A stretch of 64,000 nt of DNA from Acidimicrobiales bacterium (GTDB taxonomy: Bacteria > Actinomycetota > Acidimicrobiia > Acidimicrobiales > Acidimicrobilacustridaceae). This document shows, one piece after another, positions 18,651-28,005 of this stretch. The number at the start of each line of letters is the position of its first letter. Position 1 is the stretch's first letter. A model generated the notes under the pieces. The model was not told the DNA's origin, did not search any database, and worked only from the letters and a program-made list of their open reading frames with translations. Where the stretch lies: positions 15,260-79,259 of the forward strand of contig DAISGD010000005.1 in assembly GCA_036823295.1 (NCBI GenBank), in the 5' to 3' direction. The position numbers and the translations under genes are program-made.

Positions 18651-21307
18651 GAGGTGACGGTCCGACTGGTGCCGGCCGTTCGACTGGTGCCAGCGGTGCC
18701 GGTGTCGGGCCGCATGGGCAAGCTGGTGCGCCAGGCGCCGTCCAGGTCGTGGAGGGCGGCCGCCACCGCACCCGCGGTCGGCACCAGGCCGATCTCACCG
18801 ACACCTTTGATGCCGTAGGGCGAGCCCGGTTGCGGGCTCTCGACCAGGATCACGTCGACGTCGGGCATGTCCTTCGGGCGCAGGATGCCCAGGCTCTTGA
18901 GGGTCATGGCCGTCGGCCGACCGGTCTCGTCGGTGGGGAAGTCCTCCGTCAGCGCGTAGCCCAGGCCCATGTGCACCGAACCCTCCACCTGGCCTTCGCA
19001 CAGCTGCGGGTTCACGGCCCGCCCGACGTCGTGAGCGGCCACCACCTTCTCGATGCGGCCGGTGTCTCGATCGGCGATGACGAGCTGCGTGGCGTAGCCG
19101 AACGTCGAGTGGATGATCGGGTGCTCGAGACCCTCGGCCAGCGAGTTCGTCCAGTCGACCCGGTACTCACCCTCGTAGTCGACGTCGGTGCGACAGCCGT
19201 CGGCCCGCGCCGCGCGGCAGGCCTCGGCCACCGAACCGGCACCCATCAGCGTGCCCCGGCTGCCGGTGGTCTGACCGGCACCGAGCTCGCGGGTGGTGTC
19301 GACGATGACCCGGATGCGATCGGGATCGACCCCCAGCTCCTCCACCGCCACCTGGAGGGCGACGGTATGCACGCCCTGGCCCATCTCCGTCCAGCAGTGG
19401 CGGACTTCGATGGTGTCATCGGCACAGAAGCGCACCACGGCCCGGGCCACCTCCTTGAAGCCGTTGCCCAGGCCTGAGTTCTTGAGGGCGAGGCCGAGGC
19501 CGATGGCCTTGCCCGCGGCCCGGGCGGCCTCGTAGTGGGGAGCGATCGCGTCGAGGCAGGCCTCGGCCCCCAGGCACCCGTCGTCCATGATCTGGCCCGG
19601 CCCCCACACCTCGCCGGGGCGGATCACGTTGCGCTTGCGGATCTCCCACCCGCTGATCCCGACCTGGTCGGCCAGGCGGTCGAGGCATCCCTCCATGGCG
19701 AACTGGGCCTGGTTGGCGCCGAAGCCGCGGAAGGCGCCGCACACCGGGTTGTTGGTGCGCACCGCCACGGACTCCACGTCGATGGTGGGTACTCGGTAGG
19801 GGCCGCTGGCGTGACCGGCCGAGCGCTCCAGCACCTTCATGCCCACCGACGCGTACGGGCCCGAGTCTCCGAGCATGCGCGCCTCGAGCGCGGTGAGCAT
19901 GCCGTCGTCGTCACAGGCCGCCCGGTACTCCATGGAGATGGGATGGCGTTTGGGGTGCATGAGCAGGGACTGCTCGCGAGTGAGCGTGCACTTCACGGGG
20001 CGCTTCAACAGGAACGCCGCCAAGGCGGTCTGGGCCTGGTTGCTCATGTCCTCCTTGCCGCCGAAGGCCCCACCGTTGGACACCAGCTCGACCGTGACCT
20101 GGTCGGTCGACACTCCCAGCACCGAGGCGATCTGATTGCGGTCGTCCCACACCCCCTGGCCCCCCGAGAAGACGTGCAGGGTCCCGTCAACGGCGGGCAC
20201 CGCCAGGGTGGACTCGGGCTCGAGGAAGGCGTGCTCGATGCGCTGCGTGTGGAACGTCTCGTGCACCCGATGGGGACTGGCCTCCCACGCCGCCCGGGCG
20301 TCGCCCCGGCGATACGTCGACACGCTCAACACGTTGCCGTCGAGTCCCCACACCGCTGGCTCGGGATCGTCGCGGGCGGCGACGGGATCGGTGAACGGCT
20401 CGAGTACCGCGTAGGACGTCTCCACCAACTCCGCGGCCCGGGTGGCCTCCAACTTTGACTCGGCCACCACGATGGCCAGCACATCACCCAGATACGAGGT
20501 GCGGCCCCCGACCGGGATCATCACCGGCCAGTCGATGTGGATGATCCCGACCCGCAGCTCGCCGGGGATGTCCGTCGCGGTGAACACGCCCACCACGCCG
20601 GGCGCGGCGGCGGCCACGGTCGTGTCGATGGCCAGGACGTCGGCCCGGGCGTGGTTGCTGAGCACGAGCGTGGCGTGTGCCATCCCGGGCACGACGAGGT
20701 CGTCCACGTAGCCGCGATCGCCCAGCGCCAGTTCCCGACTCTCGTAGCGCACGCCGCTGGAGCCAATGCCGCCCCGCGGCGTGACGACGACCGGGGTGTC
20801 AGGTGTCTCGGCGGTGGCGGCCAAGGCCTCCACCGCGTCGAGGATCTTCACGTATCCGGTGCAGCGACACAGGTTCGCGCCCAGGTGGCGGGCCGCGTCG
20901 TCGCGAGTGAGGGCGCTTCCCTTCTTGTCGATGAGGGCCTTCGTGCGCATGACGATCCCGGGCGTGCAGAAGCCGCACTGCAACGCCCCGCAAGCGCCGA
21001 ACGTGTCGGCGTAGCGGAGCCGCTCGGCTTCGTCCACACCTTCGAGCGTGGTCACCGTCTTGCCCGCGGCCCGTTCGAGCGACACCTGACAGCTCACCAC
21101 CGCCTTGCCGTCGAGCAGCACCGTGCAGCAGCCGCACTGGCCCGAGGGGGCGCACCCGTCTTTGGGGGAGGTGACGGCCAGCTCTTCGCGCAGGGCGGCC
21201 AGCAGGTGGGGATGGTCGCCCCGCACCTCGACCGGTCCGCCGTTGAGGACGAAGCTGGTGGTGCCGGCGGTCGTGGGAGTGATGGGAGTCTCATCGAGAG
21301 CGGTCAT
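18647..21307 (-). CDS. Molybdopterin hydroxylase with fused N-terminal 2x[2Fe-2S] domains (XdhD / Mop aldehyde-oxidoreductase architecture, no FAD domain)
   Basis: 886 aa. Ferredoxin-type cluster motif SGQCGCCTVLLDGKAVVSC, second cluster motif LQCGFCTPGIVM...NLCRCTGY, then the Ald_Xan_dh a/b hammerhead and Moco-binding domains (GGAFGGKE, AFRGFG). Confidence 0.85.
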   Translation of the reverse strand: MTALDETPITPTTAGTTSFVLNGGPVEVRGDHPHLLAALREELAVTSPKDGCAPSGQCGCCTVLLDGKAVVSCQVSLERAAGKTVTTLEGVDEAERLRYADTFGACGALQCGFCTPGIVMRTKALIDKKGSALTRDDAARHLGANLCRCTGYVKILDAVEALAATAETPDTPVVVTPRGGIGSSGVRYESRELALGDRGYVDDLVVPGMAHATLVLSNHARADVLAIDTTVAAAAPGVVGVFTATDIPGELRVGIIHIDWPVMIPVGGRTSYLGDVLAIVVAESKLEATRAAELVETSYAVLEPFTDPVAARDDPEPAVWGLDGNVLSVSTYRRGDARAAWEASPHRVHETFHTQRIEHAFLEPESTLAVPAVDGTLHVFSGGQGVWDDRNQIASVLGVSTDQVTVELVSNGGAFGGKEDMSNQAQTALAAFLLKRPVKCTLTREQSLLMHPKRHPISMEYRAACDDDGMLTALEARMLGDSGPYASVGMKVLERSAGHASGPYRVPTIDVESVAVRTNNPVCGAFRGFGANQAQFAMEGCLDRLADQVGISGWEIRKRNVIRPGEVWGPGQIMDDGCLGAEACLDAIAPHYEAARAAGKAIGLGLALKNSGLGNGFKEVARAVVRFCADDTIEVRHCWTEMGQGVHTVALQVAVEELGVDPDRIRVIVDTTRELGAGQTTGSRGTLMGAGSVAEACRAARADGCRTDVDYEGEYRVDWTNSLAEGLEHPIIHSTFGYATQLVIADRDTGRIEKVVAAHDVGRAVNPQLCEGQVEGSVHMGLGYALTEDFPTDETGRPTAMTLKSLGILRPKDMPDVDVILVESPQPGSPYGIKGVGEIGLVPTAGAVAAALHDLDGAWRTSLPMRPDTGTAGTSRTAGTSRTVTS

Positions 21308-22317
21308 GACCGCCTCCCTTGCTCGCGGGTGTCGGATTCGTCAGGTGGAGGTGATGGTGATTGCGTCGGCTCGCTCGGGACGGGGGGCACCACGACGCCG
21401 CGCTGGGACGTGATGGGGCCGTAGTGCTCGATCATCCGGTATCGCTCGAAGTCGAACACGGTGCGCTTGTACGAATCGCATGCATCCAGATCGCAGGCGG
21501 CCAGAATGACCTCATCGCCGTCGCTCATGCAACGGGCCACCACCTCCCCCGAGGGGGCGATGATCTGGCTCTCGGCCAGCGACTCGACCCCCTCCTCGGT
21601 GCCGCCCTTGGCCACGCCGACCACCCAGGTGCCGTTCTGGTACGCGCCGGACGCCATCACCAGGTTGTTGTGGAATCCGGCAAGTCGGTCCTGGTCGGGG
21701 TCTGGGGCGTAGTGGATGGGCGTGTTGTAGCCGATGAGGATCAGCTCGGCGCCCTGCAGGCCAAGCACGCGGTAGGTCTCGGGCCAGCGCCGGTCGTTGC
21801 AGATGGCCAGGCCCACGATGCCGTCGAACGCCCGATGGGCCACGAACCCCTCTGGCCCGCCGTCGAAGTAGCGGCGCTCCAGGTGTTGGAACGGCCGCCA
21901 GGGCTCGTGGTCGGCGTGGCCGGGGAGGTGGACCTTGCGGTATCGGGTCACCTGGCGTCCATCGCGCTCGACGAGCACCGTCGTGTTGTAGTGGCGAGTC
22001 ACTCCGGTCGTATCAACGGTGAGCTCGGCGAAGCCCAGCGCGAAGCCCACCCCAAGCTCGCGGGCCTCATCGAACAAGACCTTCGTGTCCGGGCCCGGCA
22101 TCTCGGTCTCGAAGAACTCGTCGACGTCGCGCTGGTCGTCGAACCACCAGCGGGGGAAGAACGTGGTGAGCGCCAGCTCCGGGAACACCACCAGCTCGGC
22201 CCCCTGCGCGGCAGCATCGCGCAGCAGCATCAGCAGCCGTTCGACCACCTCGGCCCGGCTCTGGTCGCGGGGGACCGGCCCCATCTGCGCCGCCGCCACC
22301 TGCACGACCCGGCTCAC
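21304..22317 (-). CDS. Carbon-nitrogen hydrolase (N-carbamoyl-D-amino-acid hydrolase / beta-ureidopropionase-like)
   Basis: Nitrilase-superfamily pattern: VAAAQMGP..., VVFPELALTTFFP (catalytic Glu), YRKVHLP (Lys), GLAICNDRRWPE (Cys). About 35 Pro/Ser-rich residues form a C-terminal tail. Confidence 0.8.
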   Translation of the reverse strand: MSRVVQVAAAQMGPVPRDQSRAEVVERLLMLLRDAAAQGAELVVFPELALTTFFPRWWFDDQRDVDEFFETEMPGPDTKVLFDEARELGVGFALGFAELTVDTTGVTRHYNTTVLVERDGRQVTRYRKVHLPGHADHEPWRPFQHLERRYFDGGPEGFVAHRAFDGIVGLAICNDRRWPETYRVLGLQGAELILIGYNTPIHYAPDPDQDRLAGFHNNLVMASGAYQNGTWVVGVAKGGTEEGVESLAESQIIAPSGEVVARCMSDGDEVILAACDLDACDSYKRTVFDFERYRMIEHYGPITSQRGVVVPPVPSEPTQSPSPPPDESDTREQGRRS

Positions 22318-23675
22318 GACCCGCTCTCCTTCGGGGCTCCCGCGTCGCGCTCGGACCCCGCTCCGCCATTCCGGCGTAGATCTGGGCCGGACGCCGGTCT
22401 GGATTTACGCAAGAAAGCGTCGTCGGCGGCGGCGGCGGTGGGGTTGGCGAGATGGAGCAGGATCTGAAGGAGCACGTCGGCGCCGGCGGTCAGGTCGGCC
22501 GGTGCGGTGTACTCCGCCGGGTTGTGGCTGATGCCTCCGACGCTGGGGACGAAGATCATCCCGGCCGGGCACACCCGAGCCAGCATCTGGGCATCGTGAC
22601 CGGCGCCCGACGCCATGCGTCGCACCGCCAGGCCATGACGGTGGGCCACGTCCTCGACCAGATCCACGACCGTCGGGTCGAACGTGACCGGTTCGAAGCG
22701 CGCCAGCACGCGGCGGACCACCGATACGCCTTCGGCGTGGGCCAGCTCCTCGACCCGGTTGGCCAGCTGCGCTTCGGCGGTGGCCAAGGTGTCGTCGTCG
22801 GGGTGGCGCAGGTCGACGGTGAGGCGGGCCCGGGCGGCGACCACGTTGACCAGGTCCGGGTGGAGGTCCATGCGTCCCACGGTGCCCACCAGGCCCGGGA
22901 TCTCGCTCGTCAGCCGGCGCACGGCGACGACGATGGCGGCGGCGACGTGGCCGGCGTCGTGGCGCATCCCCATGGGCGTGGTGCCCGCGTGGTTGGACTG
23001 ACCGGTGACGGTGAGCTCCTGCCAGGAGATGCCCTGGACGCCGGTCACCACCCCGATCGTCACGCCCTCGCTCTCGAGCACGGGGCCCTGCTCGATGTGC
23101 AGCTCGACGAACGCCCGGGGCGGTCGGGCCGGGCACGGCATGCCTCCCACGTACCCGATGTGAGCCAGCTCGTCGCCCAGGATGGCGCCGTCGATGGCCA
23201 CCGTGTCCAGCGCCTCCTCCAGCGGGAGACCGCCGGCGAACACGAGGCTGCCCAGCATGTCGGGGGCGAAGCGTGAGCCCTCCTCGTTGGTGAAAAAGCC
23301 CACCGCCACTGGATGTTCGATCTGGACCCCGGACTCGATGATGGTCTCCAACACTTCGAGTCCGGCCAGGACCCCGAGGTTGCCGTCGAAGCGGCCGCCA
23401 GTGGCCACCGTGTCGATGTGGGAACCGGTCAGCACCGGCGGGTCGAAGCGATCGGCCGGCCAGGTCCCCACCACGTTGCCGATCCCGTCGACGTCGACGC
23501 GCAGGTCCAGATCTTCCATCCACGACACGACCAGGTTCCTCCCGTCGCGATCGGCATCGGTAAGGGCCAAGCGGGCCGATCCCCCGCCCTCGATGGGACC
23601 GATCTCGGCCAGGTCGGCCAGCCGGCGCGCCAGCCGGTCACCGTTGATCCGCAGCTCGGTCGCCACCGCGCTCAC
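22314..23675 (-). CDS. M20-family amidohydrolase, allantoate amidohydrolase / N-carbamoyl-L-amino-acid hydrolase type (AllC/AmaB)
   Basis: Motifs LADLAEIGPIEGGG, LTGSHIDTVATGGRFDGNLGVLAGLEVLE and GAGHDAQ are characteristic of the AllC/AmaB branch of M20. About 40 extra C-terminal residues. Confidence 0.8.
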   Translation of the reverse strand: MSAVATELRINGDRLARRLADLAEIGPIEGGGSARLALTDADRDGRNLVVSWMEDLDLRVDVDGIGNVVGTWPADRFDPPVLTGSHIDTVATGGRFDGNLGVLAGLEVLETIIESGVQIEHPVAVGFFTNEEGSRFAPDMLGSLVFAGGLPLEEALDTVAIDGAILGDELAHIGYVGGMPCPARPPRAFVELHIEQGPVLESEGVTIGVVTGVQGISWQELTVTGQSNHAGTTPMGMRHDAGHVAAAIVVAVRRLTSEIPGLVGTVGRMDLHPDLVNVVAARARLTVDLRHPDDDTLATAEAQLANRVEELAHAEGVSVVRRVLARFEPVTFDPTVVDLVEDVAHRHGLAVRRMASGAGHDAQMLARVCPAGMIFVPSVGGISHNPAEYTAPADLTAGADVLLQILLHLANPTAAAADDAFLRKSRPASGPDLRRNGGAGSERDAGAPKESGS

Positions 23676-25993
23676 CGCTGGTCATCCTGGGGGTCGAGCC
23701 CATCGGGTTCAGACGAGGTAGCCAGGGCGATGTCGTCGGGGTGAATGGGTACCCGGGGGAGCGCCAGCCCGGTGGCGGCCCGCACCGCAGCGGCCACCGC
23801 CGGGCCCGAGGAGATGGTCGGGGCCTCGCCCGCGCCCTTGGCCCCGAACGGGGCGCCCGGCTCGGCCTCCTCGATGATGGCGGCCACTCGGAGGTCCGGC
23901 AGGTCGAGGGCGGTGGGGATCAGGTAGTCGGTGAACGACGGATTGCGCACCAGGCCATCGGTGACGACGATCTCCTCCATCAGGGCCAGGCCCACGCCCT
24001 GCGCGGCGCCACCCTCGAGCTGGCCCAGGAGTTGGGTCGGGTTGAGGATCTTCCCGACCTCCTGGGACGTGACCAGGTCGACCAGGCGGATGAGGCCGAG
24101 GTCGATGTCGACGTCGACCACGGCCCGGTGGGCGGCGATGCTCAGCGCCAGGTGGGCGTTGCCTTGACCGTTCTCGTCGAGGGGTTCGGTGGGGGCGTGG
24201 TGGTACTCGACGGTCTCCTCGATGACCACGCCGGCTGACGCGTTCATCACTCCGATGTCCACCGCGGGATCCGTGGTTGAGCGGACGCGATCGCCGTGGA
24301 GCACCAGACCGCCAGCCTCGATCCCGAGCCCCTCGGCCACCTGGGCCAGCAGCCGGTCGCGCACCGCCTCGGCCGCGGCCAGCACCGCGCCCCCCGACAG
24401 CCACGACTGGCGGCTGGCCGATGACGAGCCGGCCGAACCGATGGACGTGTCGGCCGGGTTGAGCACGACCGTGTCCACCCCCAGCGCCTCGCGGGTGATC
24501 TGCTGGGCCAGGGTCACGAATCCCTGCCCCACCTCGACGCAGGCGCACGTCACGGTGGCCACCCCATCGGCCAGGCGCACCCGGGCGGTGGAGTAGTCGT
24601 CGAAGCCCTCCGAGAACGCAATGTTCTTGAATCCGACGGCGAAGCCGATGGCCCGGCGGACATCTCCGTCCTGGGCCGTGCGGCCGGCGCCGCCGGGCAA
24701 CGCCATCAGGTCGCCGTCGCCGCGGTCGTGGTCGCCGTCGAACCCTGGTGCCGCGGCGCAGGTGCGGATCACTTCGGCCACCGGCGCCGCGCCGGTGATG
24801 ATCTGACCGGTGATGAGGCGGTCGCCGGTCGCGAGGGCGTTGTGCAGTCGCAGGGCGATGGGGTCCAGGCCCAGGGCCGCGGCCAGGGCGTCCATCTGCG
24901 CCTCGTGGCCGAAGCAGGTCTGCACGGCACCGAAGCCGCGCATGGCCCCGCACGGTGGGTTGTTGGTGCGCAGCGCCCACCCGTCGATGTGTACGTTGGG
25001 TACCCGGTAGGGGCCGGCCGCGAAACACGAGGCGTTGGCCAGCACCGAGGCAGACGTTGACGCATAGGCGCCCCCGTCGAACAGGAGCTTGGCCTCCACC
25101 TTGACCAGAGTGCCGTCGCGCTCGGCACTGTGTCGGTACCACATCCTCACGGGGTGGCGGTGCACGTGGCCGAAGAAGGACTCTTCTCGGTCGTAGACCA
25201 TCTTCACCGGGCGCCCGGTGTGCAGCGCCAGCAATGCGAGGTGGATCTGCAGGCTCACGTCCTCGCGAGCCCCGAAGGCACCGCCCACGCCGGCCAGGTG
25301 GATTCGCACCATGTCGGCCGGGAGTCCCACGCAGGCGCACACCTGGTCGAGATCGTTGTGCAGGGCCTGGGTGGACACGAACAAGTCGAGCCCGCCGTCC
25401 TCGCGGGGGATGGCCAGGCCAGCCTCGGTCCCGAGCGGGGCCTGGTCCTGCATGCCCACCTCATAGGTGCCTTCCACGGTGACGGGGGCGGCGGCGTCGA
25501 GATCGCCGTGGCGGATCACCAGGTGGCGGAACACGTTGCCGTCGGGATGGATGGGCGGGGCGTCGGCTGCGGCTCGAGAGTCGACCAGCGGCGTCGTGGG
25601 CTGGTAGCTGACCCGGATGGCGGCCGCGGCGCGGCGGGCGGTCTCGGGATGGTCGGCGGCCACGATGGCGACCGGCTCGCCCTGGAAGCGGACTACGTCG
25701 CGGGCGAGCACGGGCTGGTCAGGACTTTCCAGCCCGTAGGTGGCGGCGCCGGGCACGTCGTCGGCAGTGAGCACGGCGTAGACGCCGCCCACCCGGAGCG
25801 CGGGGCCGATGTCGATGCTGGTGATGCGGGCCGAGGCGTGGGGGGAGCGCAGCGTGTGGCCCCACAGCATGCCCTCGGCGAAAAGGTCGGACGAGTAGGC
25901 GAAGCGGCCCTGCACCTTGGGCCCGCCGTCGGGACGGGGGGCGTCGACTCCGACGCCTTGGGCGGTGCGGCCCCGGGTAGTGGTGTCGGTCAT
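23672..25993 (-). CDS. Xanthine dehydrogenase-family molybdopterin-binding large subunit
   Basis: ORF 23672-26077 trimmed to the ATG at 25993 (MTDTTTRGR...), which overlaps the FeS subunit stop (ATGA). Hammerhead domain (KVQGRFAYSSDL), GGAFGARED and AMRGFG motifs. 773 aa. Confidence 0.85.
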   Translation of the reverse strand: MTDTTTRGRTAQGVGVDAPRPDGGPKVQGRFAYSSDLFAEGMLWGHTLRSPHASARITSIDIGPALRVGGVYAVLTADDVPGAATYGLESPDQPVLARDVVRFQGEPVAIVAADHPETARRAAAAIRVSYQPTTPLVDSRAAADAPPIHPDGNVFRHLVIRHGDLDAAAPVTVEGTYEVGMQDQAPLGTEAGLAIPREDGGLDLFVSTQALHNDLDQVCACVGLPADMVRIHLAGVGGAFGAREDVSLQIHLALLALHTGRPVKMVYDREESFFGHVHRHPVRMWYRHSAERDGTLVKVEAKLLFDGGAYASTSASVLANASCFAAGPYRVPNVHIDGWALRTNNPPCGAMRGFGAVQTCFGHEAQMDALAAALGLDPIALRLHNALATGDRLITGQIITGAAPVAEVIRTCAAAPGFDGDHDRGDGDLMALPGGAGRTAQDGDVRRAIGFAVGFKNIAFSEGFDDYSTARVRLADGVATVTCACVEVGQGFVTLAQQITREALGVDTVVLNPADTSIGSAGSSSASRQSWLSGGAVLAAAEAVRDRLLAQVAEGLGIEAGGLVLHGDRVRSTTDPAVDIGVMNASAGVVIEETVEYHHAPTEPLDENGQGNAHLALSIAAHRAVVDVDIDLGLIRLVDLVTSQEVGKILNPTQLLGQLEGGAAQGVGLALMEEIVVTDGLVRNPSFTDYLIPTALDLPDLRVAAIIEEAEPGAPFGAKGAGEAPTISSGPAVAAAVRAATGLALPRVPIHPDDIALATSSEPDGLDPQDDQR

Positions 25994-26556
25994 GACGCTC
26001 CCGCAGCCTGCGCCCCGCGACGCCCGATGGTGACCCGGATGGCCTCCATGACCCGGCCGTAGCCGGTGCAGCGGCACAGGTTGCCGCTGATGGCCTCACG
26101 GATCTCCAACTCGTCAGGCTGGGGCGAACGGGCCAGCAGGTCGCGCGCGGCCATGACCAGGCCCGGGGTGCAGAACCCGCATTGCACCGCACCGGCGTCG
26201 ACGAACGCCTGTTGGACATCGGACAGGATCCCGTCCGGGGCGAGCGCTTCCACCGTCACGATGTCGCGCCCCACTGCGGTGGCGGAAAGCACGAGACAGG
26301 AACAGACGAGCGTGCCGTCAACGGTGACCGAGCACGACCCGCACTCACCCTCCTCACAGGCATTCTTGGCGCCGGGCAGGCCGAGCCGCTCGCGCAGCAC
26401 GTACAGCAGGCTCTCGCCCAACCAGGCGTCGGCCACCTCGCGCTCAGCGCCGTTCACCCTCAAGGTGTACGCGTGGTCGATGAGTTCGACGGCATGGTCG
26501 CGGGGACCGCCGTCGGGTCCGTGGTCGGCCTGTTGCGGGTGACGGGGCGCCGTCAT
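25990..26556 (-). CDS. Xanthine dehydrogenase-family [2Fe-2S] small subunit
   Basis: Trimmed to the ATG at 26556, overlapping the FAD subunit stop. Motifs CEEGECGSCSVTVDG and VQCGFCTPG...NLCRCTGY. Confidence 0.85.
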   Translation of the reverse strand: MTAPRHPQQADHGPDGGPRDHAVELIDHAYTLRVNGAEREVADAWLGESLLYVLRERLGLPGAKNACEEGECGSCSVTVDGTLVCSCLVLSATAVGRDIVTVEALAPDGILSDVQQAFVDAGAVQCGFCTPGLVMAARDLLARSPQPDELEIREAISGNLCRCTGYGRVMEAIRVTIGRRGAQAAGAS

Positions 26557-27398
26557 CCGGGGAACATCCGCAGCAGGGCGCGCCGTGCCAGCACCCCGGC
26601 GCAGTGCCGGCGGTAGGCCGCGGTCGAGCGGTGGTCGTCGATGGGTCGGGCGGCGTCGGCCACGAGCTCGCCGAATGTGGCCGCGGTGCGGGGGTCGGGC
26701 ACCCGGCGGGCCTCCCAGTCGAGGTGGTCGACCACCCACGCCTCGGCTTCGGGCGCCCGCAGGATGGTCGGTCCCACCGAGCCGAGGCCTACCCGCACGA
26801 TGCGACCGCTCAGGTCGACCAGCGCGGCCACACTGGCCACCGAGATGACCATGGCGTTTCGGGTCCCGACCTTGAGGAATTCCTGCGGGCCATCGAGCAC
26901 GGGGACCCGTACCCCGACGATCAGCTCACCCGGCACCAGGGCCGTCTGCTTGGGTCCGACGCAGAACGTGGCGAAGGGCACTTCCCGCTCCCCGAGCGAC
27001 GAACGCACCATCACGACGGCGTCGAGGGCGGCCAGCACGGGGAGGGTGTCACCGGCGGGGGAGGCGGTGGCCACGTTGCCCCCCAGCGTGCCCGCGTTGC
27101 GGATTTGGGGGGATCCGACCGTCCGGGCCGCCTGGGCCAGGGCGGGAACCAGCGCGGCCAAGGCCGGCTCCGCCAGATCGGCGTAGGTCAACCCGGCGCC
27201 GAGGGTGAGGGCACTGCCGTCACGGCTCCAGGAGCGGAGGCCGTCGACCCGGTCGAGCGCCACCACCGTGGTCGGGCGAGCCCGCCCGGCGTTGACCGCC
27301 ACCATGAGATCGGTACCGCCCGCCAGCAACAAGGCGTCGCCATGGGCGTCGAGCGCGGCACAGGCCTCGTCGATGGAGCGGGGGATGAGCACGGTCAC
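26553..27398 (-). CDS. Xanthine dehydrogenase-family FAD-binding medium subunit
   Basis: 281 aa CoxM/XdhB-like: LLAGGTDLMV, NAGTLGGNVATASPAGD. The GTG start is preceded by GGAGAA. Confidence 0.85.
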   Translation of the reverse strand: MTVLIPRSIDEACAALDAHGDALLLAGGTDLMVAVNAGRARPTTVVALDRVDGLRSWSRDGSALTLGAGLTYADLAEPALAALVPALAQAARTVGSPQIRNAGTLGGNVATASPAGDTLPVLAALDAVVMVRSSLGEREVPFATFCVGPKQTALVPGELIVGVRVPVLDGPQEFLKVGTRNAMVISVASVAALVDLSGRIVRVGLGSVGPTILRAPEAEAWVVDHLDWEARRVPDPRTAATFGELVADAARPIDDHRSTAAYRRHCAGVLARRALLRMFPG

Positions 27399-27540
27399 TA
27401 GTTGATTCTCCGAGCTATTTCAACAGTTTGTCAACGATCTCCCCTTAGCTATCACACACCGTTCACACAGCCCGAGAGCCGAGGGGGACCATCGGCTGGA
27501 AGATTCTTGACACGGATCGGCCCGTCGCGGCATCTGATGG
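27399..27540. promoter_or_regulatory. Lower-GC divergent control region between the XDH operon and the ECF sigma gene
   Basis: 142 bp, visibly less GC-rich. Direct repeats AGCTAT(N2)CA at about 27413 and 27448, and TCAACAG/GTCAACG. TTGACA on the plus strand at 27507-27512 and on the minus strand around 27427-27432. Confidence 0.4.
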
Positions 27541-28005
27541 GTGATGCTCAGCGACGCCGACGGCGAGATCTACGAGAAATACGCCGACGAGCTGATCCGT
27601 TTCGCTTCGGGGTTGGTAGGGCCTGACGATGCGTCAGACGTGGTCTCCGGAGCAGTCCTGCGTGCCTTCACCTCGCCGTCCTGGCCTGCGGTCACGAATC
27701 ATCGTGCCTACTTGTACCGCGGCGTCCTCAACGAGGCCCGGATGTGGCGCCGCACAAACCAACGCCGCCTGGCCCGTGACGATGGTCAGCGCCCAACCGA
27801 CGAGTGGTGGGATCCCGAGGTCCGACCTGACGTGCGCCAAGCGGTGGCCGAGCTCGATGTGCGCTCAAGAGCGGTGCTGTTCCTGTCCTACTGGGGCGAT
27901 CTGCCCGCAGAGGAGATCGCCCAGCTGCTCGACATCAGTGTGAGCACCGTCCGCCGCGACGCGGCCCGGGCTCACCGCCGACTACGGAGGAAGTTCCATG
28001 ACTGA
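27541..28005 (+). CDS. ECF-type RNA polymerase sigma factor (sigma-70 regions 2 and 4)
   Basis: 154 aa. Region 2-like DVVSGAVLRAF...AYLYRGVLNEA. Region 4 HTH RAVLFLSYWGDLPAEEIAQLLDISVSTVRRDAARAHRRLR. Confidence 0.8.
   Translation: MMLSDADGEIYEKYADELIRFASGLVGPDDASDVVSGAVLRAFTSPSWPAVTNHRAYLYRGVLNEARMWRRTNQRRLARDDGQRPTDEWWDPEVRPDVRQAVAELDVRSRAVLFLSYWGDLPAEEIAQLLDISVSTVRRDAARAHRRLRRKFHD

Noticed and set aside
27507-27544. Explicit -35/-10 promoter call for the ECF sigma gene (TTGACA at 27507-27512)
   Set aside because: The sequence at the expected -10 position (CATCTG/TCTGAT) fits the TANNNT consensus poorly. Without transcription-start data I report only the region as regulatory, not a defined promoter.
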